NCBI GenBank assembly: GCA_949358305.1
Contig: OX442314.1
Span: 4,402,001 to 4,466,000, forward strand
DNA from: Strigamia acuminata
Lineage: Eukaryota
Direction: 5' to 3'
Length of the DNA stretch: 64,000 nucleotides
In this document: positions 48,600 to 59,865 of the stretch, in pieces
How the letters are laid out: each line of letters starts with the position of its first letter
Numbering within the stretch: the first letter of the stretch is position 1
The notes under the pieces: generated by a model
The model's input: the letters and a program-made list of their open reading frames with translations, nothing else
Told to the model about the DNA's origin: nothing
Database searches by the model: none
Translations under genes and position numbers: made by a program

Positions 48600-50310
48600 A
48601 GATTTTTTACGTAAAGTTCCGTGAAAACTCAAACGCCTACGAAAGAAAATAATATTCGTTTGCGAACTTTTTATTTTTTGATATTTATATTTTAATAATC
48701 ATTTTTTGCTAATCATTTTTATTAACCATTGTGATCATTGAAATTTTGCTATCCTTATATTGTGATAATTGGCGCCAAATCAGCGCCTAATCAATATTTT
48801 TATTTGCTAATAATTTACATTTTTATAGAGATTTTGCCACCCGTAGGCATTGTTAATTAATCTTGAGATATTTAATCCTCTAGTCATAACAAAAAGTGTC
48901 ATTGTTGATTCCAAGTGTTATCAAATAATTTAACAAATTTTATTATTTTGTTTAGAATTTAGTCGTAATTAGCGCCTAAACGTCTATTGATTCTGTTAAT
49001 TTTTAATCAAACGATTTTTTACAATATTCCTCTCCTAAACCCATTTGTTCGTGTTTGTTTGTTCTTGTCTGTAGTTGCGCCAAGTTGTGCGCCTGTTGCG
49101 TCTGTCCAAATAAATCCCTACCTGTGTTATGTGTTTATTATGAGATTAATGTTGTTGATTCATTATTTTTATTTATTTATATGTTCAAATTTTTATCAAT
49201 CATGTTTGTTAACTCCATTTAGATGTTGATTATATAAAAACCATATAATAAACATCTAGGTGGGGGGGAATGTCACGGTCCTGACTTTAGACAGTAATAA
49301 TTTTCAAAATTTTAAGCGCATTTTGCGCCTTTCCTTTAAATTTTCCCCAATCATATTGAGAAATTGTTCTAGTTTCCCTAAATTATTTTATTTTTCCCAA
49401 ATCTAAATTTATTATTTTATTTTATATTATTTTCCTTATTTTTGATATTTATCTTTAATTTGGCCTGGTTTTAATCACCCCATCCAGACAATTCATGAGA
49501 ATTCTGCAATAAGTTGATATAATCGCGCTCTAAATTTACATATTTCACCCCTGGTCGCCTGTTTTCTGCCCAGTCCCCATTGGGAATTGACTTGGCCTTT
49601 GACATGTGATCAGAGGTGACTTGTTCTGTCGGGACATTTTTGACAGAGAGAATAATTTTCGCCTTCGACTAGACAACAGCTCCTGTCTCAACTAGGAGAT
49701 TTCCAAGTGCGATTATGTTGCGTCTCAACGCATACGGTCACATTGCAGCCCGAATTCTCATGTTAGTCTAACTAACCACAACATTTATTATTTGCCCATT
49801 ATTTGCGTACGAATTACTGGAAAAAGGCGTATTCGACGGTCTCAATTCGTCAATACATTTTATGCCACGACTGTGACTTCCTCCTCAGCCTAGACATTTT
49901 GAACTCATACTCGTCTCAATTGCGTATTCATTTCATTATCAACGGTTCGACGACGTTGTCTGCGGTTTGGTACCTGTTTGCGCGTTCACCCAACGTTTGC
50001 GCGTGTTCAGGAGAAGAAACATACTCTTCGTAAGTACGCCTAGCATATGACGACATTTTCCCTAGTGAAGAGCGATATTTTGGTCTTAAATTCGAAGTAT
50101 CAACGTTCGCCATTTTGTACGGCGCCCGAATTGAATCCTGCACCCATAAAATACAGATTTCACGAATAGACGCTGTCTTAACCTAGCTACCACCCCCGGC
50201 AAAGTTTTAAGAGTTGCAGCGCCTGCGAACCTAAATTTTCTGGTTATTACAATCCCTGGAAATTCTTAAATTTCCGAAACCATTGTTAAAGAGTCGACTA
50301 CGACGTGACA

Positions 50311-50970
50311 ACTTATTTGGTATTACGATGAACGGATGACGTAACGTGCCATGTGTCCATCGAAATGAAAGATGGATAGTTCCATCTGGAGTGACTTCTT
50401 CACTTGCCGTCGTGACTCTGACACCAGGTCCGATAGGTCGTAGATATTTTTCTAGACCTAATTGATTAATAACTGAAGTGGCTAGGAAGCTTTTATTTGC
50501 TCCTGAGTCCAACATTCCAGTTATTACACCCTTTAACGTTTCTAACTTTAACGTCGGAAGGTCTTGGCTGTTTGGTATTCCAGCCACTTTGCACTCAAAC
50601 TTGCGCAATTTATGATGAACTGTAATTGGAGGCTCCAAAGGCAATTCATCTAATAACTCATTGGTATCAAGAGTTGTAGCTGCAAATAACTTAATGCACT
50701 CCTCAATTCCAGGTGTCTCTGGAACTGAGCTTGGTCTATCGTTTTTAATTTCGCCTTTATCTTTAATATTGGAAGTGTCTTCTTCAGTCGGGGTTTTGCC
50801 GACAATCTCCTTTTTTACATCAAGAGATTCTTTTTCTTTTAGTTCTGTTTGACGAATTAATTCATCAATAACTTCTCCAACATCTTCCATTATCTTCAGA
50901 TTTTTATTCTCTGATTCCGATTTCGGAGGTGACGCAGCGTCCACTAGACCTGATGGATCTGCGTCTACAA
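50311..50970 (-). pseudogene. pol: Element C pol 5' part (aspartic protease), cut by D
   Basis: MLDSGANKSF; removing D restores IVIPNKYPMVLLGCDF. Confidence 0.88.
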
Positions 50971-53900
50971 GTTTTTTCGAAACATGTCAGTTATGATCTT
51001 GACTGCTTTTTCAAACTCAGCTGTTGACACTGGTTTGTCCTTTTTAGAGGAAGGGCAGTCTTTTTGCCAATGCCCTAATTTTTTGCATAAATTGCATGGA
51101 TCAGTCGCAGGCGATTTCTTTTTCGTTGCTGCTGGTGAGGCAGAACGAGAACGAGCGTCAGACCGGCGCTCAGGCGACACCGCAGGTGACTTTGAATTTC
51201 TTTCGGTATTCACCTTTGATGCGTCAAAAGAAACCTTTTTTGATTTCATTTTTGGCTTCCATTTGCCTGCAACGGGGTTATTTTTTGCTAACAACGCCGC
51301 TGCTTTGGCCAATAAAGCCAACGTCTCATCTCCTGCTTCCTCCTCCTCTTCAGCTTCTTCAGCTTCAGACGACGGAGTTTCAGCTCCAGTTATATTTGCA
51401 TGTAACTTAAAAACTGAATGAGGATTTTTGACGTCCTTTTTGGAAGATTCTTTTTTCGAACTCTTCCCTTCCACCTCGTCTAGAAAGTCTTCGTAACTAG
51501 GTGGCTGCAACAATTTCAAACCATTGAAGGTTTCATTGTTTTGCTCAGCGAGTCTTTTCTCTCGCTTTAAGTACGCTGACCTTTCGCTATCTGTAAGGTA
51601 AGCTTTGTACTTTTCGTCAATGCGCAATTGATTGACCTCCATGAACTCGTTTAACTCGGAGAATTTCCCCGGGTCGGGAGCGTCCGACATCATCAGAATA
51701 TTTTTACTATATTCTGTGAGGCCAGCTCTAAACTGATCATCTGCTGTTGCATCAGTAACAGCATGTGGCATTCTGCCAAGCAGATTCTCTGCTCTTAGCA
51801 TGTACGAATGTAAGCTTTCGCCTTTTCGTTGCTTAAGACATCTCCAGAGCGTCTTGATGTCTTCGCTCGATTCACCAAATTTAAACATAAATTGTTTAAC
51901 GAAGTCATCCCACTTCGTGAAGTCTTTCCTGCGAAACCACTCCTTGACATCGCCAACCAGTATTCTTGGTACTAGATGGGCCAATGCACCTTCACAGCCA
52001 AAACTGTGAACCTTGCCTAGTTCGAATATTTCCAGCAAGAGGTTTGACCCTGCTTGCCAATTTCCATTATAGGCATGTGGGATAACTCGATCCCATCTAA
52101 TGAACTTTTCATCTGTTGTTTGATGAGTCCATTTATCAGAAGTGAATTCATTTATTTTTTGCAAAATAATTTTATCCCTTCTGTTTTTTCGCTGTTGTTG
52201 AGCATTTTGCCTCAACAACTGGTCAATCTCATCCTTCGTGTAGAAATCGGGTCTTTGAGTTCTACTACGTGTTCTGTGACGAGATCGCCCTCTCACACTG
52301 GGGTGTGAGGAATCTGTATCTGACGCAGATTCATAATTCGGATTTGGCGGCGGATCGGGGTCCGGAGGATCGTCGCCATCTGGCGGACGACGGTCTCCAT
52401 TTGGTGGTCCCCTTCCACCTCGATTGCCATTCGAATTGTGGTCTCGTGAGTGGCCACCTCCATGTCCATCTGAACTATCTCCACCTGGTGGGTCACCACC
52501 TGGCGGATTTCCACGATATCTCGGTCCATCACGGATGTCGTTATGACAATCTCGCTTTGGTGAGCCTTCTCGCGGATTATCGTGTGACCGTCCACGATCG
52601 TGTGGTTTCTCACGTTCTTTATTTTTTCTCTCTAGCAATCCGATTAATCGGTCACTATTGCTAAAGAATCGATCCGAATTTTGCGGAACGTTCGGGGAAT
52701 GATATTCGGTCGGGTCTGGTTGTCGCTTTCGCTTTTTGCGACTGTGATGACTATTACGGCTTCCACGACTACTGCGTGAGTCATCACTGTCAGTCCAACT
52801 TGATTGTCGACTGACTTTTGGTTTAGCTGATGTTAAATCAATCAACTCAGGTGATTTGGAAGCACCTTTTTGCAAAACTGGGGCTGGCTTTGCAAAATTA
52901 TCTTCGCCGCAAACGTCTTGTACTTTTTGTACGACTACTGCAAAGTTTTCTTGCACCGTCAATAGATCTGCGCGAAGAATTTCGTTTTCACGAGCTTGCG
53001 CAGCTAAGTCGGCACGTAATAACTGCTCTGCAGTACTTTGACTTTTGGCGGCTTGACCAGCATCAATTACGGACTGCTGTCGAGCGAGAAATACTTCGTT
53101 TTCTCGTTGTGCTAATCTCTTAGCTCTTGCTGCTTGCTCTGCAGCATAATTCTCGTAATTTCGAGAAGTTGAGGGGATTGCTTCCCTCGCTCGAACTGGG
53201 GCGGTTAGTTCGGCAGTCATTAAATTTGTGTTGGCTTCTCGCAAATTTGCGTTAGCCAATCTCAAATTTTCATTAGCAATTTCTAAATCTTTTTGTGCTT
53301 GATTTAGTTGCTCGAGCCTTTGTTGTTGCTCTTCGTCAGTAATTAGCCAGGAAGCTTTTTCCTGCTCTAATTGTAACAACTTAACATGGTCATTCGCACG
53401 TTGTTGTTTTAGTTCGGCATTTTGCTGATGCATTTCTGCATGCATTCGCTCGAACTCTGCTTGCAAGCCTGTTCTGACGATTTCAACGTCTTTTTGACAT
53501 TGTTTGCGAACCATAGCTTTGTGGATTTGTTCCACAGTCATTTCGCTAGTGACTTTTACTCCCTCGAGCCTAGCTTGCTCACGGAGTGCGTCCATCATGG
53601 TTACACGCACGGGAGAATGAGAAACTTCCATATTGGAGTTCTCAGAATCTTGCTGTGCTGCACCTTGAACCGGTGATGAATTCAGCGAGTGCTCTGCACT
53701 TGACGATTGAATTCGTAAATTCAAATCATCGTTTTGCGTCTTGGAACGGCCACTTCCAGTTGGATTATTTAAGTCCAACTGGCCGCTTGGCGGGGATGGC
53801 TGTTGTCGCTCCAACGCTTGCGTGAATTCATTCACGATTAACTGTGCCGAGTCACAGTTAGCTGTTTGATCCATGGCTTCAAACAGTTCTTGTGACTCAG

Positions 53901-53988
53901 TCACTTCTTGATCTACGGCTGGTAGATCGATCGCCACTCGTCTCTTCGCCGGCCTTCCTCTCGGTCTCTTTTCGCCTGGAGTCGCCAT
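50965..53988 (-). CDS. gag: Element C Gag (1007 aa)
   Basis: First ORF after PBS; coiled coil; LKQRKGESLHSY capsid-like motif; CCHC knuckle CNLCKKLGHWQKDC. Confidence 0.9.
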   Translation of the reverse strand: MATPGEKRPRGRPAKRRVAIDLPAVDQEVTESQELFEAMDQTANCDSAQLIVNEFTQALERQQPSPPSGQLDLNNPTGSGRSKTQNDDLNLRIQSSSAEHSLNSSPVQGAAQQDSENSNMEVSHSPVRVTMMDALREQARLEGVKVTSEMTVEQIHKAMVRKQCQKDVEIVRTGLQAEFERMHAEMHQQNAELKQQRANDHVKLLQLEQEKASWLITDEEQQQRLEQLNQAQKDLEIANENLRLANANLREANTNLMTAELTAPVRAREAIPSTSRNYENYAAEQAARAKRLAQRENEVFLARQQSVIDAGQAAKSQSTAEQLLRADLAAQARENEILRADLLTVQENFAVVVQKVQDVCGEDNFAKPAPVLQKGASKSPELIDLTSAKPKVSRQSSWTDSDDSRSSRGSRNSHHSRKKRKRQPDPTEYHSPNVPQNSDRFFSNSDRLIGLLERKNKEREKPHDRGRSHDNPREGSPKRDCHNDIRDGPRYRGNPPGGDPPGGDSSDGHGGGHSRDHNSNGNRGGRGPPNGDRRPPDGDDPPDPDPPPNPNYESASDTDSSHPSVRGRSRHRTRSRTQRPDFYTKDEIDQLLRQNAQQQRKNRRDKIILQKINEFTSDKWTHQTTDEKFIRWDRVIPHAYNGNWQAGSNLLLEIFELGKVHSFGCEGALAHLVPRILVGDVKEWFRRKDFTKWDDFVKQFMFKFGESSEDIKTLWRCLKQRKGESLHSYMLRAENLLGRMPHAVTDATADDQFRAGLTEYSKNILMMSDAPDPGKFSELNEFMEVNQLRIDEKYKAYLTDSERSAYLKREKRLAEQNNETFNGLKLLQPPSYEDFLDEVEGKSSKKESSKKDVKNPHSVFKLHANITGAETPSSEAEEAEEEEEAGDETLALLAKAAALLAKNNPVAGKWKPKMKSKKVSFDASKVNTERNSKSPAVSPERRSDARSRSASPAATKKKSPATDPCNLCKKLGHWQKDCPSSKKDKPVSTAEFEKAVKIITDMFRKNL
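50971..50977 (-). other. -1 ribosomal frameshift heptamer A AAA AAC (C gag/pol)
   Basis: In phase two codons before the gag stop; pol is in the -1 frame. Confidence 0.75.
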
Positions 53989-55949
53989 TTTTCAATGAAG
54001 ACAAAGAAAGGATAGAGAAGAAAGATAAGCAAGATAAAAATGGCGGGTAAATTTTAAACTATCAAAATTTATACAATGACTATCCCGGACGGGCCCCCAC
54101 GTGCTGCGATCCGGGTTATTATCGCACTTATTTCTAATAAATAAGCACGAAACCGCAGGTGAATGCTAAAATAGACTTACAATCAGCGGCCTTAAACTTG
54201 TCTAGGGTTAAGTTTATTAAGTAGGAAAATAAAGACACAATTTTATGATAAAAATCACACAAAAGGTTTTATTCGTTATAAATTACAATGACTAGTATTA
54301 TTATGAATTATATATTTATTAATTAAAATAATAATATCACAGATGCGACAAGTCGCGAGAATGAGCGGGAAAACAATGGAGGGCTTGCAACGACTGTTGC
54401 AAGCTACAAAGCGCGGCGAATACGCTTGACAACCAAAGTTGTTAGGAAAATGGCTTCCGCTATTTTCCTCGTCTTCACTCACACGTACGATGATCCTCGG
54501 ATGATGGTTCACGGTGAGTCTTCCACACGAAGTACGACGGCACGGGGCGGTGGTTCACGTTCGGGCAGGCGTCCGTTCACGTCCGATGGCGGTGGCAGCA
54601 GTTCGCGCTACTGCGACGGCGATGGTTCACGCGACACGGGAAACTTCTCGTTACGATAGCTGGAATTAGCGACGGCTAATTCAAGCTGAATTGCTGGCTT
54701 TGTGCGTTTGTTGCACAAAGATAGCAGGTGAAACTGAAGAACACGAGTCCACTATCAATACTTTTCTTTCAGGAGCAAAAGCAGTGATGTTTGTGGTTGT
54801 GTGTTATTTTTCAGAGTCCCGATTTGAGCCAAGGCGCGAGCCCAGCACGCTTCAATATTGCGCAGAAAACCTACGCACTTAGCTCAAATGGGTGCAACTA
54901 GTGGTTATTACACCATATTGCACCATAACGGCTAATAACCGTTTTCACCCCGGACAACCTGGGGTGATATGTGCCTAGAGAGGATTTCTCCCCTCGGTCA
55001 CATGATCTGACTTGGCGTGTGCCACAGTCAAATTAATTAGAAGACAATTAATTTTATCTTCTAAGTTGGTGAATATTTTGAGATCACCACAAAGATGGTC
55101 ATAAATCTTAATTTTCCCAAACAATGTGAATATGTACACGTGAGTATTTAATTTCATCGACAATTATCACAATTTATTTTGCATTTCAACAACCACAAAG
55201 TTACACACTACATTTTTTCAAAAATGAGCTGTCAAAATTGTGAAATAGTCTGTAATAAAATTTGATAATCATTCTTGAAACCATTGCATTCAATTTCAAG
55301 GTGTTGATAGATCCATCAGCAGTTGTTTATCATTTATTCGCGGATTTGATGCAAACCCTACAAATGAAACATGGCAAACATACAGTTGGAATAAGAGTGC
55401 AAGAAGTAAGGATTAAATTAAAAATTAATTCAAACAGAAAAGAGAATTATTTTCTAGCCATTAATCAGAAGCATTTCTTCGATCTATCAGCTTTATTTAA
55501 GCACAACTACTAATTATTTACTAACATGTAATAAGGGCCGTCCGTAATGTTGTGTTTTGGTTGACTAGAATTAATATCAACACATAACATCAAATTTCTC
55601 TAACAAGGTCCAAACAAATTCCCTCCTTCCCTAGAAAATTACATAATAAAAAGAACCACCCAAAGATGCTACATAATAATATAAGAATTTGAAACTTGTA
55701 TTTTAGTATCACTATATCAACACTAAGAAAAATCCATGTGAAAATAATCTACATGAATGCCTACGCCCATGTCTGGTCAAACAAATGAAATGCAAGTAAG
55801 TCTTTTAATTCGACTCAATAACAGAATTCGATAAAAGAATATTTATTTCTGTGCATAAATCTCAATTCAAAACATTTAAAAAATATTTTTTTATCTGACT
55901 GTTTTTAATAAAAATTATTAGTTAACTTAAATAAAGGTTGTCACATTAG

Positions 55950-56730
55950 ATTTCCATTTTATGAAGCGAGAAATATGCCCGAATGCAATGACAAAGACAC
56001 TTTGATTCAGTACAAACAAATAGGAGACCTTACCTTAGGTGGTAGAGTATCAGAGTGTAGATGTGCTAATTTATGTGATGAGACAAGTTTCAGCCAAACA
56101 TTCGACACAACACCTGGTGATGGAGATAAAATAGAAATTTATGTTGTCAATACTTTCGTTCGAACATTAGTCGAACACTTTTCTTATGACATCATCAATT
56201 TGCTATGTGACATTGGAGGAAACATCGGCCTCCACTTCGGCATGTCTTGCTTGACACTGGTCGAAATATTCATTCACTTATGTAAAATATGCATCAGCAA
56301 ACCAACAACAGCAAATTCCAAGTTGACAGATAAAATTGAAATGACACTTGAAAAGATGCAGAATAGCCGAAAACCAACTTTCGTTAACAAACTGATTAAA
56401 ATCATAACATCACTATTCTTTGGCTGGATGTCAGTCTATTACATTTACCATTTGATTCATTCTTATTTTCAATTTCCACTCTTGAAAACGGTTAAACTCA
56501 TTAGAGATGAAAAAATTCATTTTCCACTCATTATTGCATGTGCAGACAGTGAAAACATATCACATGCTAAAAGGGAATTAGCCCAAAAACTCAACACAAC
56601 TGATTGTGATCATTTACAACTGTTCGATTTACTCCATCCACTATCTGAATTCGCAAATCAACCACTGCAATTGTGGAATGCCTCGTCTCTTCTTCATTTC
56701 TACGACTTAGATCGGAGAAATGCTCTCAAG
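55950..56730 (+). CDS. Gene 2 junction exon: domain-1 TM2, linker, domain-2 TM1
   Basis: ORF 55975-56751 contains CRCANLC, DIGGNIGLHFGMS and HSYFQFP..IHFPLIIAC. Confidence 0.88.
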
Positions 56731-59431
56731 GTAAAAAAGTCAGAATATTAAATTCTCAATTCAAACGTGAAGAAATATAACAAACTTATAGAATGGGGCA
56801 ACAGCAGATCAAATTGAATTTATTTATGCCAAATTATCATTACAACCAACAGTGTATGGAATGTGTACTGCTTTTAATAAAGGTAAAAATAAAAACACAA
56901 GTCACTTTGAATTCTCACTAAAACATTTGCACACAGTTGACCGGCCGTTTGCTCGAAAGCAAAACTTTGTAGTGATTTTCAATCTGCGCAGTGTTCACTG
57001 TAGTCCTAAAACAGATGTGAGATAGAACTTCATCCTTCATACTGTTAATTGCAACAGTTACTAATTTGACTTTATGTATTCCAGTACTTCATTTTGCCAA
57101 CAAATCAATTTTTTCATCCGAAATATCGTTTAGATGTATCCAACAATTTAAGTGCTTATATCAACTTCGCCCCTCAAACGGTGAATTCAAAAATGATGAA
57201 TCCACTATACTTTAAACCGATACAATGTTGACCTTGAGCAGGATTACACCTAATGACCTAACTGTGAACTGTGCTCTACTTCGCGGAAAAGTAATTCTGC
57301 TCTTAAGAGTGTCAAAGCATCACGTTTGACAATGAAACAAGGGTTCTAATCGATCACAATGTCTGGAATTCGATTACAAATCTGGTGTTATGGATTACTT
57401 TTTTGTGCCAATACACCAGTGATGCGGCTGGAGTTACGTCAACATTGTATTGGTTTGAGTACAGGCGTATTCGAAAAGCCATTGCAACATTTTAAATACT
57501 CTGTAGAGTGATTAGACTTCAAAAGTGGCACACAATTCAATCTGCATCAGTTGTAGTTTAAATCTCTTGATTAAAAAAAGTATAAGTAAAAATAAAAAAT
57601 GTTTAACAAGTGCTTTTGAATGCGTTATTTGACAGGTTAATCAAATTTGAGAAATTGTTGTCACTTTTGAAAAAATCAAATTTTTTTTCGGTTTGTGGTC
57701 CCAAATTTTTTAATTTGTTCAAATTGCCACCCAGTTGATTAATCTTTCCAGCTTGTTCGATTAAATACTCCGAGAAGTCCTTGCAGACCAAATGATGAAG
57801 TTTTAAGATGTGAAGAAAACTGCTATGAGAACAAACTTGAGCAACAACCTTTTAATTGCAGGTAACTTGTGTTAGAGAGTTTTGTTACAATAATTACTTT
57901 ATTAGAAAATATGTTGTTTTAAGGAATGAGTTTGTTATCTATGTTGATCGTAAGCATTGCATGGTGGGATTGTTGGCACTTGTGAATGTAGGTGAAATTC
58001 AACGTGCACGACATTTATTGAGTTCTGTACAGCCATCAACTAATTAAGTGATACCTAGAAACCAACTAACCAACCATCCACCCACACTCCCTCCCACCCA
58101 ATCATTAACCCAGTGATCCATTATATACGCAATATTCGTACGCGCGACATGTAAGAATAATTCTTACACGCGATGTCGCGCGTATGAATAGCACTGCCAT
58201 GCGTTACTGCGATATCGCATGTTCTGAAAAATTTAACTTAAGATAACTAAGATCAGTGGTATAGTACTGATTTAATGGTGCTCTACAACTTTGTAATTGG
58301 AAATTTTGCTGTATCTTAAACGGTTTAAAAGTTAGCAAGTGAATGACCTTGAAAATGACCTTCAAGGTCAAATTTGATGACGTCATTGGATTGCTCTCAC
58401 CCAACTTTCTATACGATCGCTGCATCAAAGTTGGCCTAGATGCATTTGCTCAGGAAATATTTGGAGGGAACCAGACGTTTAGGACACCGTGTATAGTAAA
58501 ATGGTTAAACCAATAGGAGTTAGGACAACGTTGGGACTGTTTGGAATATACCTACAAACACTCAAACATACAAGTGTATGCCCAATTTTTTATAACTGGA
58601 AAAAATCATGTGCCATGGCACACTGTATTTTTCCATTAAATATTGTTGTATTACTAGACTTCCATCCATGGATAAGAGTAAATTTCCTCTTTGCCTATCT
58701 CAAGAGACGGCTAAAACAACTTACGAGACATATTTGAAAACTCAGTTGAAGACAAACCCCCCAGGAAGACTGTTCCTGCGCAGCATCTTGTCAAGAAACC
58801 ATCTTCAATCCTTCAATCATCACCAACTTAGTCAACTTCGACATTTGGGCAGCCTTTGTTTGGTATAGCTTTGAAAATAACATCAGAGAAATAATTGAAG
58901 AACAGCAACAGGTTACCATTGTAAAGTTATTGTGTCAGATTGGATCTATTATTGGTATTCTCACTGGTTTCTCCTTATTTTCTCTTCTTCAATTTTGATT
59001 GACGTTGATTACAAGAGTTTAATATAATAAAATATTATTTAACGTATAACTGGAAGCATTGAATTTGTACTGTAAATGCACTAATAGAATGCGATATGTC
59101 CTTTACAACGCAGGTCAAAATTGTTAGTTCTCGTAATCATCTATTTGTGATTCTATTCTATTTACAATATGTGTGTTAGCCATTTCTTTGCGGTTTAGGA
59201 TGGGCAGTGTTTTCGCCCATCTAACATTAGCTGATGTTGTGCCTTGCCAAACCTTGTTGTTAAATAAGTGCGTTGATATGTTTGGCTGCACACACCTTTT
59301 GTTACATGTTGCTTAGGAAAACGTTAAATGTAGATGGTTGCATTATGTCGTTATATTCTGTGTTTGTTTACCGTTTATTTATACAGCCATAGTCCAAAAG
59401 AATATGTAAAGACAGGCTGTTTCACATTTAA

Positions 59432-59865
59432 CCCTTCCAACCCTGAGATGGGTCATTTTGTGACCCTGTTTTAAAAAAATCATTATTTTTATAAGAAATA
59501 ATTTTTTTTTCTTTCTGATTTTTGCTGACTATTCCTTTGAAACATCACTAGACACTACACCACAGTTGAAACTTTTTTAATTTTTTAAGTTTTTCTATAA
59601 TTTGAACTCAAAGTTTAACTGGGTCAAAAAAGACCCATCTTAGGAGTCCAAAGGACATAAATCATGATCATCAGCAGGCTCCGCTAATGTCAACCATTGC
59701 CACCAGGTGTCGCGGCGGCCATCTTTGTTGTTGTCAAAAACACACGTGTTGGCCAAATTCCTTCGGAAATCTTTAAGACCCGGATTTTGCGCATGCGCAG
59801 AATCTGGGTCATATAATGCCCATCTTAGGGAGAGATGGGAGGCCAATTCTTTCGGGTTGGAAGGG
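59432..59865. mobile_element. piggyBac-like MITE
   Basis: TTAA-CCCTTCCAACCC ... GGGTTGGAAGGG-TTAA. Confidence 0.85.

Larger units (their letters stand above)
37199..50310 (+). mobile_element. Element D: Ty3/gypsy LTR retrotransposon with intact gag/pol and accessory ORFs, nested in C protease
   Basis: 1040-bp LTRs 37199-38238 and 49271-50310 (TGTCACG..CGTGACA); TSD ACTT; PBS TGGCGAGCTAGACAGGA (tRNA-Arg-like) at 38243; PPT AGGTGGGGGGGAA. Confidence 0.96.
29570..55091 (-). mobile_element. Element C: Ty3/gypsy LTR retrotransposon with extra ORF, interrupted by D
   Basis: 990-bp LTRs 29570-30559 and 54102-55091 (two substitutions seen); TSD AAGA; PBS TGGGGGCCCGTCCGGGAT (tRNA-Pro-like) 54082-54099; PPT at ~30560-30575. 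Confidence 0.95.
28848..58998 (+). pseudogene. DEG/ENaC gene 2, two tandem domains, disrupted. Exons: 28848-29330, 29406-29478, 29534-29569/55096-55139 (split by C), 55301-55405, 55707-55795, 55950-56730, 56792-56882, 56937-57016, 57085-57180, uncertain ~58500-58575, 58658-58998
   Basis: TM1 + YFMDEPT..FPYVYL; TM2 LLCDIGGNIGLHFGMS; second TM1 + FPLIIAC; PTVYGMCTAFN; last TM2 LLCQIGSIIGILTGFS; exon phases match gene 1; frameshift near 58760. Confidence 0.8.

Noticed and set aside
29479..55300. Element C as a harmless intronic insertion
   Set aside because: Reconstruction places it inside exon 3
57400..58495. Tc1-like element in a gene 2 intron
   Set aside because: One TIR-like end (GGACACCGTG-TA) but no matching partner found
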